Source: an uncultured archaeon (GTDB lineage Archaea > Asgardarchaeota > Thorarchaeia > Thorarchaeales > Thorarchaeaceae). Taken from it: 64,000 nucleotides of DNA. Location of the stretch: positions 32,001 through 96,000 of the forward strand of contig CAZSWP010000001.1 of the NCBI GenBank assembly GCA_964610875.1, given 5' to 3'. Below, in pieces: positions 49,845 to 58,959 of this stretch. A program made the position numbers and the translations under genes. The notes beneath the pieces were generated by a model. The model saw nothing but the letters and a program-made list of their open reading frames with translations, was not told the origin of the DNA and ran no database searches. Each line of letters begins with the position of its first letter. Position 1 is the stretch's first letter.

Positions 49845-50815
49845 GAATCGGCGATATTGAGATAACTCCACTAGCATCTGAAAGCATGGGTGTAAGATCC
49901 TTTGCAATCTCAATAATAACACCTCATACTAAAATTGTTCTTGACCCGTCAGCAGCTCTTGGAATCAGGTCTTCACTAGATCCTCATCCACAGGAATATA
50001 GAGCCTTAGAAAGCGCTCTTGAGAGAATCTATGCCTATGTATCTGATGCTGATATTCTAACTGTATCACACTATCATTTCGACCATGTACGTCCTGGTTT
50101 TGAGAACTGGCATCTAAATTTTAGTACACGATATGAACGACAAGAGCTCTATCAAGGAAAGAAATTATTGGTTAAAGATAACCGTGAGAACATCAACCCT
50201 TCTCAGAGAAGAAGAGGCTTCTTTTTCGAGCGAGATTTAGAGAAATGCAATTGTGAAATCACATTTGTGGATGGAATGACACTTGAGTTTGGGGACACAT
50301 CAATCATGTTCTCTAAACCACTTCATCACGGTCCTGATGATTCTAGACTTGGGTATGTTTTAGCGTGTGTAATCTCACATAATGATTATTCTGTCCTTTT
50401 TGCCCCTGATGTTCAAGGCCCTTGTAGTGAAGACACCTTACGTTACCTCTTGTCAATTGACACCGATTTGCTCATTGTTGGAGGACCTCCTATATATTTG
50501 GACAAATTCGAGCAAAAATACAGGGATAAAGCGTTGTATTCACTCTGCTTATTGGGCAGTTCCATCTCTCATGTCATTGTCGATCATCATCTTCATCGTT
50601 CTTTGGAATGGTCGGATTGGCTAAATCCAGCTTTAGCTGCGGCAAAGAAAGCTAACAATCAGATGGTTTCTGCAGCTGAATTCCTGGGGCTAAAAAACAA
50701 TCTCTTAGAAGCCAGACGAGGAGAATTGTACTCTAAAGACCCTCCTGATGATGATTTCATCCATTGGACAGAAGCAACTAGAGAATACAAACAAAAAAAC
50801 AAGCCACCAATATAG
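49841..50815 (+). CDS. MBL-fold metallo-hydrolase (UPF0282-like)
   Basis: ESMGVRS, SHYHFDH, DVQGP and DHHLHR motifs. Confidence 0.88.
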   Translation: MRIGDIEITPLASESMGVRSFAISIITPHTKIVLDPSAALGIRSSLDPHPQEYRALESALERIYAYVSDADILTVSHYHFDHVRPGFENWHLNFSTRYERQELYQGKKLLVKDNRENINPSQRRRGFFFERDLEKCNCEITFVDGMTLEFGDTSIMFSKPLHHGPDDSRLGYVLACVISHNDYSVLFAPDVQGPCSEDTLRYLLSIDTDLLIVGGPPIYLDKFEQKYRDKALYSLCLLGSSISHVIVDHHLHRSLEWSDWLNPALAAAKKANNQMVSAAEFLGLKNNLLEARRGELYSKDPPDDDFIHWTEATREYKQKNKPPI

Positions 50816-50864
50816 ATGAATCAAAATTCAAGGGAGGACATCATAGGTTAGTTTTAGGGCAGAA

Positions 50865-51161
50865 GTGTACATCAATAATTTGGAAATGAGATCTAAGAAA
50901 CTGGTAGACTCACTCAAAGTTGATATTGACACAACAAAATATCTCCTCGGTGAGTTAGGAATAGCAACACTTGCTCTAGTCAGAAGTGGATGCACAAATG
51001 ATTGCGAGATAATGAAATTGAGTTCAATCTCTGAGAACTGCCTTGATGTCAAAATCCCGCTTCTGAACACACTTGGCTTAATTGAAATCACTAAAGGTGA
51101 GTATCATATCACTCCTACAGGTGAGGTCTTCATTGATGAGGTGTCCGGATGGGAGAATTAG
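50865..51161 (+). CDS. Small winged-helix protein
   Basis: LNTLGLIE...YHITPTGE wing motif. Confidence 0.65.
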   Translation: MYINNLEMRSKKLVDSLKVDIDTTKYLLGELGIATLALVRSGCTNDCEIMKLSSISENCLDVKIPLLNTLGLIEITKGEYHITPTGEVFIDEVSGWEN

Positions 51162-51562
51162 AGGAATTAACAAAAGCATCAGTGACTCCTCTTAAAGAGA
51201 ATGGGATTTCCATTGCTGGTCATGTCAAAGCAATTGGCCTTGAGGAAGGTATGGATGTCCTGATAATTAGTTCAAAGAGCAATTTTCTTCGGGTGATTCC
51301 ACTTCCTGAAGGTAGAGTTTACCAAATCCGGGTTGCCATGGACCTTGATTCCTTTACACTTACTGCTAGAAACCTATACGGAAAACTGAAGTTGCTAGAA
51401 TTACAAATAATGCATTCAACTGGATTTTGTCCACTCTCTGATGTTTGTTTATGGGAAGGGTATTTCTTAGTTACTGAAACGGATAAGATAGATAAGTTCA
51501 TTGAATGGCTTCGTTCAACAAGTTCTGTGCGTGATGTTGAAACCATAATACTGAAAGAATGA
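51149..51562 (+). CDS. AbrB-like plus ACT-like domain protein
   Basis: IGLEEGMDVLII swapped-hairpin-like segment; C-terminal beta-alpha-beta-beta-alpha-beta pattern. Confidence 0.5.
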   Translation: MGELEELTKASVTPLKENGISIAGHVKAIGLEEGMDVLIISSKSNFLRVIPLPEGRVYQIRVAMDLDSFTLTARNLYGKLKLLELQIMHSTGFCPLSDVCLWEGYFLVTETDKIDKFIEWLRSTSSVRDVETIILKE

Positions 51563-52146
51563 TCTCAGATTCAGAATCGAGGTGTGAAAACAGCGTGACT
51601 GAGGGTAACACAAACTCCACGAGAATCCTCATAGAGCGATTCAGAAACGCTGCTCGGGAAGCTGAGGAACACCTAATGAATGAAGAGTATCAGCAGGCTA
51701 TGGCACTCTATTATGACGCAAGCCAATCCGCTGATGAGATGACGGAACGTTTCCTTACACTACTAATGAAAACAGCTCCTAGTAATGCTCATCGTGTACT
51801 AATGGTGGAATTTTTGAGTTGGCGTCTGAGATATTTCACCGCTCAGCATGACTATCACTTTGCAGTTGCTCAAACACTAACTGGTCTCCCTCGTGAGGAG
51901 TGGATAGCTCGACTGGAAACGATACTAGTTTCGTCACAGAGTCTAGTGGGAAAATTGATTCCACTACTGGAAGAAGTTGAGGATAATGGGATAGAACGAA
52001 GGATTCGTGAGTTACTCAACGACTGGGTCAAAGGAATTCGGGAACTCGTTCAAAATCTTCAGAGTTGGGGTATGGCTAGTGCTCAAGCTGCTCAGATATT
52101 AGAGTGGGCTTTGGATAATGGATTGGAATCAAGAGGAGTACTATAA
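51559..52146 (+). CDS. Alpha-helical hypothetical protein
   Basis: 195-aa ORF overlapping the upstream stop (ATGA). Confidence 0.65.
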   Translation: MISDSESRCENSVTEGNTNSTRILIERFRNAAREAEEHLMNEEYQQAMALYYDASQSADEMTERFLTLLMKTAPSNAHRVLMVEFLSWRLRYFTAQHDYHFAVAQTLTGLPREEWIARLETILVSSQSLVGKLIPLLEEVEDNGIERRIRELLNDWVKGIRELVQNLQSWGMASAQAAQILEWALDNGLESRGVL

Positions 52147-52160
52147 TCTGAGTTGGTTGA

Positions 52161-52388
52161 CTAATCTTTTGATGTGCCTTCAACAAAACCAACTGCAACT
52201 TCTGTATCTGCTAATTGCAAATGACTATCTACGTAACATATCAAATAATGGTCCTTGTGTTTGATGACAATTGGTGCCGGAAATCGTTTTACATCTTTTA
52301 TTGCATCTGCAGGAATTTCCCAATACAATGTCGCCTTACAAACGGGGCACTGCAACCATTTTAGCCCTTTATCTGTCATCAATACCAC
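52161..52388 (-). CDS. Small putative Zn-binding protein
   Basis: CPVC...HKDH pattern. Confidence 0.6.
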   Translation of the reverse strand: MVLMTDKGLKWLQCPVCKATLYWEIPADAIKDVKRFPAPIVIKHKDHYLICYVDSHLQLADTEVAVGFVEGTSKD

Positions 52389-52492
52389 CTAGTTCGTGGA
52401 ATAACCGGCAAGTGTCAGTTTCAGCAATCGTACTAAAAACGCTTTCTACTGTGTTTACCTATTAACGTATGTGTGATTAAGTAAGAGAAAAA

Positions 52493-53323
52493 TCATTCAT
52501 CTAGGTCCATATCCCATGCCCCTGGGTCCTCAAGATCTCTACTTAAGATAGGACCTTTGCGTCTAGTCAAACCCGAAATATCAACTCTCTCACTATCTAT
52601 AATCAATTCTTCTGTTTCTCTATCCAAGAAAGCGGGAATCTCTCCCCGTTCTATACCTCTTTCAACAAGGTCTCGAGTGCGATTAAGATCCATACCTGTA
52701 CTCTCTGCAATACTACTGATAGTCACTACAGTTTCCGATTCCAATAGGGACCGAACAAACCCAGTAAAGGCAAGGCTGAAAATCTCCTTTTTTTTCCGCA
52801 TTTCAATTTTGTCAACCACTCTCGATAACGCTGCATCAATATACATGTCTGCGTCACCATATTGGAATTCGGCCAACATCAATGCAAGATTGACTAATTC
52901 TTTCATTCTGCCTTGAGTAGTTTCGGCAGCTGCATGTATCAAATGGCGTGCAATATCTGTGTCACCACCGAGGATTGCACAAAAAGCACCTTCTATGAAG
53001 AGGTCAGGATTTTTTTCTTCTTCAGCACCATAAATATACGCTTCAGCAGCGATTTGAAAATCAATTTCAAACTTCTCATGCTCTCCTTGTTTTAGCCATA
53101 CTCTACCAGCCCTTTTCATTAAATCTGCAGCTAGACAGAACTGGTGTGAGAGCATTGCATGCTCATATGCTCTTTCAAATGATTTGGCAGCATTGGGGAA
53201 CGATTCCCAGCGCTCCCAGCACTCACCTGCAAAGGTGAATAATTCTGTTGCATCTTCATTTTTTCCCTTTTTTGCACGTTCCTCTGCAACTTCCATGAAG
53301 CTTTGACATTTGGACCGCGACAT
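52493..53323 (-). CDS. SNAP/TPR-like solenoid with a C-terminal PCI-like winged helix
   Basis: Helical repeats followed by VTISSIAESTGM...DLVERGIERGEIPAFLDRETEELII. Confidence 0.65.
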   Translation of the reverse strand: MSRSKCQSFMEVAEERAKKGKNEDATELFTFAGECWERWESFPNAAKSFERAYEHAMLSHQFCLAADLMKRAGRVWLKQGEHEKFEIDFQIAAEAYIYGAEEEKNPDLFIEGAFCAILGGDTDIARHLIHAAAETTQGRMKELVNLALMLAEFQYGDADMYIDAALSRVVDKIEMRKKKEIFSLAFTGFVRSLLESETVVTISSIAESTGMDLNRTRDLVERGIERGEIPAFLDRETEELIIDSERVDISGLTRRKGPILSRDLEDPGAWDMDLDE

Positions 53324-53384
53324 ATTACAGGGCACTCTCATCGAATAGAAATTATTACACCATCTAAAACTTTGTCTAAGATGA

Positions 53385-53422
53385 AATAGAAAGACGAGCC
53401 GGATGGTTCCGGCTCAAAAAAA
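53385..53422 (-). terminator. GC-rich hairpin downstream of the ABC ATPase
   Basis: GAGCCGGA-TGGT-TCCGGCTC (53396-53415), T-rich on both sides on the minus strand. Confidence 0.65.
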
Positions 53423-53428
53423 TCGTTA

Positions 53429-54115
53429 TTACTTGTCAGAAGTGATTGCGCCATCGTGCATTCTGAGAACACGTTTTGCGTACTTTGTCAACGATTCGTT
53501 GTGTGTAACTAGAACAACAGTCATCTTTCTCTCCTTATTCAACTGGGCGATTATTTTCATAATACCATCTCCAGTCTTGGAGTCCAGATTTCCAGTTGGC
53601 TCATCACAAAACAGAATTGGTGGGCTGTTCACCAATGCTCTAGCAATTGCCGTTCTTTGTTGTTCTCCGCCACTCAACTGCATAGGTCGGTGATCTTTGC
53701 GTTCAAGCATGTCTACCTCTCGAAGAACTTTGAGTGCCATAGCTTCTTGCTTTTCTTTCTTGAGTTCTTCATTAGGCCATAAGACGGCTTCAACATTCTC
53801 TACTACAGTTAGATCATCAATAAGCAGGAATGATTGGAAAACAAAACCAATTTTCTCTGCTCTTACCTTGGGTAGGTCTCTCTCACTTATGAGAGTCACA
53901 TCTACCCCATCCAAGAGAATTCGACCATTCGTGGGTTGTTCTAAACCCGCCATGACATGAAGTAATGTCGATTTTCCGCATCCAGACGGTCCCAATACAG
54001 CGGTAAATTCTCCTGGCATTATCTCAAGATTAATGTTCTTTAGCGCGGCAACAGTATTCCTTCCACGACCGTATTCCTTATTGACACCTTCCACTCTAAT
54101 GATTGGGTTTGTCAT
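53429..54115 (-). CDS. ABC ATPase, LolD/MacB type
   Basis: GPSGCGKS, LSGGEQQR and DEPTGNLD motifs. Confidence 0.93.
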   Translation of the reverse strand: MTNPIIRVEGVNKEYGRGRNTVAALKNINLEIMPGEFTAVLGPSGCGKSTLLHVMAGLEQPTNGRILLDGVDVTLISERDLPKVRAEKIGFVFQSFLLIDDLTVVENVEAVLWPNEELKKEKQEAMALKVLREVDMLERKDHRPMQLSGGEQQRTAIARALVNSPPILFCDEPTGNLDSKTGDGIMKIIAQLNKERKMTVVLVTHNESLTKYAKRVLRMHDGAITSDK

Positions 54116-54119
54116 GATT

Positions 54120-54629
54120 TTATTCCTCCCTCAATGCTTGCATTGGTGGTATTCTCATCGCTCGCAGCTGTGCCAAGATAAGACCTGGTATCTGCAAAAT
54201 GACAATATAGAGAAGAGTTGTTGCCATCGAGGCTGCATCAATCACCAGTATGTCTATGAGGTCTTGGAAAAGAGCTGACTGAAAATAAGCTGCAAGTCCA
54301 ATAATCTCTACACTTACTTGAAATACAATCAGAAAAGCAGAGAATGCAACTAACACAACCTCTCCAATAAGAAGCAGTAGTATCTCCGAGTTGCTCCAAG
54401 ATACGCACTTGAGTATTGCAATATCCCTTCTTCTAAACTGAGATATCAGAATGGCGTATATAGTCGCTACAACAAATGCCATCAAGAGTGCAGGTATTTC
54501 AAAACCTGGAATTGTAACCTCCTTTGCTACAACAATGTAAAGAATCGCATATATTATCATAAATGCGAAAACTCTCTTTCTGGCACGAAATGCGAATTTT
54601 ATGCTCTTGAATAGAATCCTTAGATTCAA
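54120..54629 (-). CDS. Minimal FtsX-like permease lacking an extracellular domain
   Basis: RRRDIAILKCVSW and RAMRIPPMQALREE motifs. Confidence 0.8.
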   Translation of the reverse strand: MNLRILFKSIKFAFRARKRVFAFMIIYAILYIVVAKEVTIPGFEIPALLMAFVVATIYAILISQFRRRDIAILKCVSWSNSEILLLLIGEVVLVAFSAFLIVFQVSVEIIGLAAYFQSALFQDLIDILVIDAASMATTLLYIVILQIPGLILAQLRAMRIPPMQALREE

Positions 54630-54707
54630 TGAATAAGTCCTCCAATATGCGTGCTTAGAGAAATGTGAACTAACTATGCTTAATCTGTGTTTCGGATGAA
54701 TATTATA

Positions 54708-54914
54708 TTAGTCAACCGCTTCCGTTTTTGCACGGATTTGACCGGGCATTCCTTCTTTTGGCCATAACTCCTTCATTAACAGGTCACGGATTGCCACTCT
54801 GATTGCTTCACTTCTTGAAGGATACATTCCTAATTCCACAAGTCTGTCAAGGCCATCTACGTAAATATCGCTCATTTTCACTGTAATAAGATCCAATGCG
54901 TGTCCTCCCGGCAT
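54708..54914 (-). CDS. Ribbon-helix-helix (CopG/Arc) regulator
   Basis: ITVKM...LDRLVELGMYPSRSEAIRVAIRDLL. Confidence 0.9.
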   Translation of the reverse strand: MPGGHALDLITVKMSDIYVDGLDRLVELGMYPSRSEAIRVAIRDLLMKELWPKEGMPGQIRAKTEAVD

Positions 54915-55197
54915 GCAAGATTTTCCCTATTTATGATATAATCCCTTCGTGTGTTAGTAATTCCAAGAAAAATACCGCGCCATCTGTGCCGAAAAAGGCT
55001 AAATAATGTAGTTAACTGCCACCGAGATAGTGAAAGACCAGAAACGAATATACCTGAGGAAACATGTACGTGTGAACCGAGAGTATCTATGATGTTGATA
55101 CTTTTGCTTCCCTATCGTTTCTTTGGACAACGTATTCGCATAACAAGGAAAAGAAATCATTTCGGAGGAATTCGTAATTTCAGAATCGTTTGACTAT

Positions 55198-55719
55198 ATG
55201 CGAAAGGTCTGCATGATTGGTGCAGGTGGAAGTGGAAAAACCGCGATTGTGAATAGATTCCTTACACAGAAGTTCTCAGAACAATATATTGTTACAATTG
55301 GAAGTCAGTTTGCTGTGAAGACAGTCACTGTGAATACTAAAGATGGTAGCCCTGTAATTGTAAAACTCCTTGTCTGGGATCTGGCTGGACAACAAAGATT
55401 TGATTTTATAAGATCAAGTTACTATAAAGGGTCGAAAGGAGCTCTTCTTGTTTTTGATGTGACCCGGAAAAGCACCTGGAAAGAACTTCCTCGATGGATT
55501 GAAGAAACAGAAAATGCTCTGGGACACAGAATCCCAATTGTACTCCTTGCTAACAAAATCGATCTTGAGGAAGAACGGGTAATTACTCTAGAAATGGCAC
55601 AAGAATTTGTCAAGGAACACGGATTGAGTGGGTTACTCGAAACAAGTGCTCTAACAGGACAGAATATTGAAGAAGCATTCAGGATTTTGGCGCAAACAAC
55701 AATTGAAGAATTAGGTTAA
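55198..55719 (+). CDS. Rab-like small GTPase (true start possibly ATT at 55177)
   Basis: G1 GAGGSGKT, TIGSQF, G3 WDLAGQ, YYKGS, LVFDVT, G4 NKID, G5 ETSA; no prenylation tail. Confidence 0.93.
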   Translation: MRKVCMIGAGGSGKTAIVNRFLTQKFSEQYIVTIGSQFAVKTVTVNTKDGSPVIVKLLVWDLAGQQRFDFIRSSYYKGSKGALLVFDVTRKSTWKELPRWIEETENALGHRIPIVLLANKIDLEEERVITLEMAQEFVKEHGLSGLLETSALTGQNIEEAFRILAQTTIEELG

Positions 55720-55795
55720 AAACTCCCAAACCGAAAATGACTATAGTACCGATATTTCGATTTTCATAACAAGGTTACATTTTGGAGTCATCATT

Positions 55796-56926
55796 ATGTC
55801 AAAGAAAGATATGGATCTGAAGCTTCTAGAAGACCTCTGTAATGCATTTGGTCCTAGCGGCCATGAAGACGAGGTTCAAAAGATTGTCCATGATTACGGA
55901 AAGAAATTTGCCGATAAGGTATTATTCGATAGACTTGGCTCGGTAGTATTCCAAAAGGGGAACTCTGGTCCAAAGATCATGCTTGCCGGCCATGTTGATG
56001 AAATAGGGTTTGTAATTTCAGAAATCACCAAAGAAGGATATTTGAAATTCGCACAACTAGGAGGATGGTGGGATCAAACACTCTTGACTCAGGAGGTTGT
56101 TATTCGACCATTCAAAAACGGTGAGAAGGTAATTGGCGTCATCGGCGCACCACCTCCACATATACTGAAACCAGAGCAAAGAACAAAGGTGGTTTCTAAA
56201 GATGATATGTTCATTGATATTGGTGCATCTTCTAAGGAAGAAGTTGAAGAGATGGGTATTCGTGTAGGAGACCCCGTCGTTCCCTTAGCCACATTTAGAA
56301 CTATGAAGAGAAAGAAGACTGAGAAAAAGGACGATAAAAAAGAAACTAGGGAAGTTCTTCTTGGAGTAGCAAAGGCATTTGACGATAGAATTGGAGTGTT
56401 CATAGCCCTTGAAGTTCTAAGAAGGCTCAAAGAAGAAAATATTACACATGAAAATATAGTATATGCAGTTTCTACGGTTCAAGAAGAAGTCGGTCTTAGA
56501 GGAGCACGTACTGCATCACAAATGTTGATGCCTGATATTGGGTTTGCACTTGATGTAGACATCTCCGGAGATTCTCCTGGAGCTAAGGGGCTCGTTCAAA
56601 AAATGAGCAATGGGGTTGCCATATCAGCTGGAGATGGTTCAATGATACCCAATCCCAAACTTAGAAAATTCGTCTTAGAACTTGCTGAAGAATTGGATAT
56701 CCGACATCAAGCAGCGTTCTTGAAGTCTGGCGGTACTGATGCTGGTGCAATTCATCTAGCAGGAATGGGCGCTCCATCACTCTTTCTAGGTATACCAACG
56801 AGATATATCCATTCCCACCATGGTATCTTGGACCTTGGTGATGTCGAGAGTGCAATTCAACTCCTTATAGAAGTCATTAAGAAACTTGATGCTAAGACGG
56901 TAGAGGGTTTCACTAAAATCGGATAA
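55796..56926 (+). CDS. M42 (TET-type) aminopeptidase
   Basis: GPSGHE, AGHVDEIG, KAFDDR, QEEVGLRGA, GGTDAG and RYIHS motifs. Confidence 0.93.
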   Translation: MSKKDMDLKLLEDLCNAFGPSGHEDEVQKIVHDYGKKFADKVLFDRLGSVVFQKGNSGPKIMLAGHVDEIGFVISEITKEGYLKFAQLGGWWDQTLLTQEVVIRPFKNGEKVIGVIGAPPPHILKPEQRTKVVSKDDMFIDIGASSKEEVEEMGIRVGDPVVPLATFRTMKRKKTEKKDDKKETREVLLGVAKAFDDRIGVFIALEVLRRLKEENITHENIVYAVSTVQEEVGLRGARTASQMLMPDIGFALDVDISGDSPGAKGLVQKMSNGVAISAGDGSMIPNPKLRKFVLELAEELDIRHQAAFLKSGGTDAGAIHLAGMGAPSLFLGIPTRYIHSHHGILDLGDVESAIQLLIEVIKKLDAKTVEGFTKIG

Positions 56927-56935
56927 AGAAAGAGT

Positions 56936-56980
56936 AGAAAAGTCAGTGCAGAAGATTCTGACTGACTTTCTTTCTGTTTT
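56936..56980. terminator. Possible bidirectional hairpin terminator between convergent genes
   Basis: AAAGTCAGT(G)CAGAA / TTCTGACTGACTTT stem with an A-rich left and T-rich right flank. Confidence 0.65.
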
Positions 56981-58067
56981 AACGTTCTCGTTTTCCTTCA
57001 ATGAACTCATCGACGCGTTTTCTTGCTTCAAAGTCATCGATTTGATATCTTGGATGCTTGAATGAGTAAGAACTGATACTTGAGAGTTCTCCACCAATAC
57101 CTCTATCCAATGCTAGTTTAACGGCACGGATAACATCGATTATTACTCCAGCACTGTTTGGTGAGTCCTGTACTGAAAGTTTTAGATCTAGGTCAAGAGG
57201 TAGGTCACCAAAAGCCTTCGACCTCATACTGATGTAACAAACTTTATTGTCCTCAAGGAAGGGAACATAGTCACTAGGCCCAATCTTTGTGGGTAGTTCA
57301 TATTCAACACAACTGGTAACAGCTTCAGTCTTGCTGACCCTCTTAGATTTTAGTCTGTCTTCCACCTGCATGTTTTCAAAGTCCGTATTTCCACCGATAT
57401 TGAGTTGGTATGTATTTTGAAGAATTAGCCCTCGTTTATCAAAGAGCTGTGCCAATACTCTATGGAGTATTGTTGCTCCTAACTGACTTTTGATATCATC
57501 ACCTGCTGCAGGAATATTCGCCTTCTCAAATTCTTGGGCAATTGGATTATTGGGGTCAGATACAATGAATTCAGGAAATGCATTGATGAACCCAACACCC
57601 GCCTCGAGTGCAGCTCTCGCATATAGTATTGCACCTTCTTCGCTACCAACTGGCAAATATGCCACAAGAACATCCGCTTTTACTTTCTTTAGTTCTTCTG
57701 CTACATCTACAGCATCCATTTCATTTTCATCATAACAGAAGAATGATTCTCTCATGTGAGGTGCAACACCATCAGAGATTGGTCCTGGAAGTACTTTCAC
57801 TCCAGTTTTTGGCAAATCTGGTGCAAATCTGACACAACAATTTGGTTCAACCCAAATGGCATCTGATATGTCCTTGCCAATCTTATTTTTGTTGACTTCA
57901 AAAGCTGCAACAAATTTCAGGTCCTTAGGGAAATATCCTCCAAAATCGACGTGCATAAGGCCTGGGACCTCATCAGTTTCCTTTGCATCCCTATAGTAGT
58001 GAACACCTTGAATTAAGGCTGAAGCGCAGTTACCTAATCCTGCAATAGCAACACGAATGTCGCCCAT
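56979..58067 (-). CDS. ino1: myo-inositol-1-phosphate synthase
   Basis: GLGNCASALIQG, YLPVGS, GDDIKSQ, QLNIGGNTDF and DSPNSAG motifs. Confidence 0.96.
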   Translation of the reverse strand: MGDIRVAIAGLGNCASALIQGVHYYRDAKETDEVPGLMHVDFGGYFPKDLKFVAAFEVNKNKIGKDISDAIWVEPNCCVRFAPDLPKTGVKVLPGPISDGVAPHMRESFFCYDENEMDAVDVAEELKKVKADVLVAYLPVGSEEGAILYARAALEAGVGFINAFPEFIVSDPNNPIAQEFEKANIPAAGDDIKSQLGATILHRVLAQLFDKRGLILQNTYQLNIGGNTDFENMQVEDRLKSKRVSKTEAVTSCVEYELPTKIGPSDYVPFLEDNKVCYISMRSKAFGDLPLDLDLKLSVQDSPNSAGVIIDVIRAVKLALDRGIGGELSSISSYSFKHPRYQIDDFEARKRVDEFIEGKRER

Positions 58068-58135
58068 TATATCATCTCCTGGTATTATATGGTCATAAAA
58101 TAGTTGGGCTCTTTTAAAACTATCGAGATGACCCT

Positions 58136-58957
58136 TTAAGACTCTTCCTCATTCTCTTCGGTTTCATCAACAATATACTTCGAGTATATCATCTTTTTTG
58201 CGGTAGCAGTGATTTTTGGTCCTATACCTGAAATCTCTTGCCAATCATCCAATCTTGAAATGACTTCCATTGGAGATTGATACTTTTCTAAAAGACTCTT
58301 CGCTCTAATGACATTGATTCCTGGAATTCCTGCAATGAAAAACTCTTGCTCATCATTCATGGTTTCTAGACCTTTCCTGGTTCTTATGATTGGTAATTTC
58401 TGACCAGATGATTTCTTCTCATAATTATCATCGTCCATTAAAATGCCATAAAGAAGCCCTGCAGAATGAAGTGCATTGAATCCCTCAACGACCTCTATCC
58501 CTTTCTCCCTGATGCTCTCTATGAGTGCATCCAGAGCATTTGGGTGGATGAAGCTTGCACGCTCCATTGTCACAAAGAAAGGCTTTCCTTTTGTTCGTTT
58601 TGATTTGAATGGGATATAGACGCATTTCTTCAAAGGATCCCTGCGAATTGCGAGTATATTTTCAATGAGCAAGTATGGCTTTTCATATTCCAACAAGGCA
58701 TCCATCTGCTTGGTCAATCTTGGTACGCCTGAAGCACTACCTTTCAGAGTATTTACTAGATCGTTGACTGTCTTTCTCTCAACAGCAATTCCATTCAATC
58801 CAAGTACGTCGCCTATTGGTATTTTCTGAATACTGTACCGAATATTCTCTTTATCCAGCATTGAAATCAAATGCTTTACAGCATTCTGCCCTCTCCCTTT
58901 TATTTCATGAACATCAATAACTATCTCAGGGACATTGCCAAACAAATCCATCTGCAT
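58136..58957 (-). CDS. xpf: Short XPF/ERCC4 structure-specific nuclease with (HhH)2
   Basis: IDVHE, GD...VERKT..DL, IPGIN and ISGIGPK motifs. Confidence 0.85.
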   Translation of the reverse strand: MQMDLFGNVPEIVIDVHEIKGRGQNAVKHLISMLDKENIRYSIQKIPIGDVLGLNGIAVERKTVNDLVNTLKGSASGVPRLTKQMDALLEYEKPYLLIENILAIRRDPLKKCVYIPFKSKRTKGKPFFVTMERASFIHPNALDALIESIREKGIEVVEGFNALHSAGLLYGILMDDDNYEKKSSGQKLPIIRTRKGLETMNDEQEFFIAGIPGINVIRAKSLLEKYQSPMEVISRLDDWQEISGIGPKITATAKKMIYSKYIVDETEENEEES

Positions 58958-58959
58958 AA

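Noticed and set aside
54951-55193. 80-aa ORF upstream of the GTPase
   Set aside because: No motif, and it occupies the divergent promoter region; probably spurious
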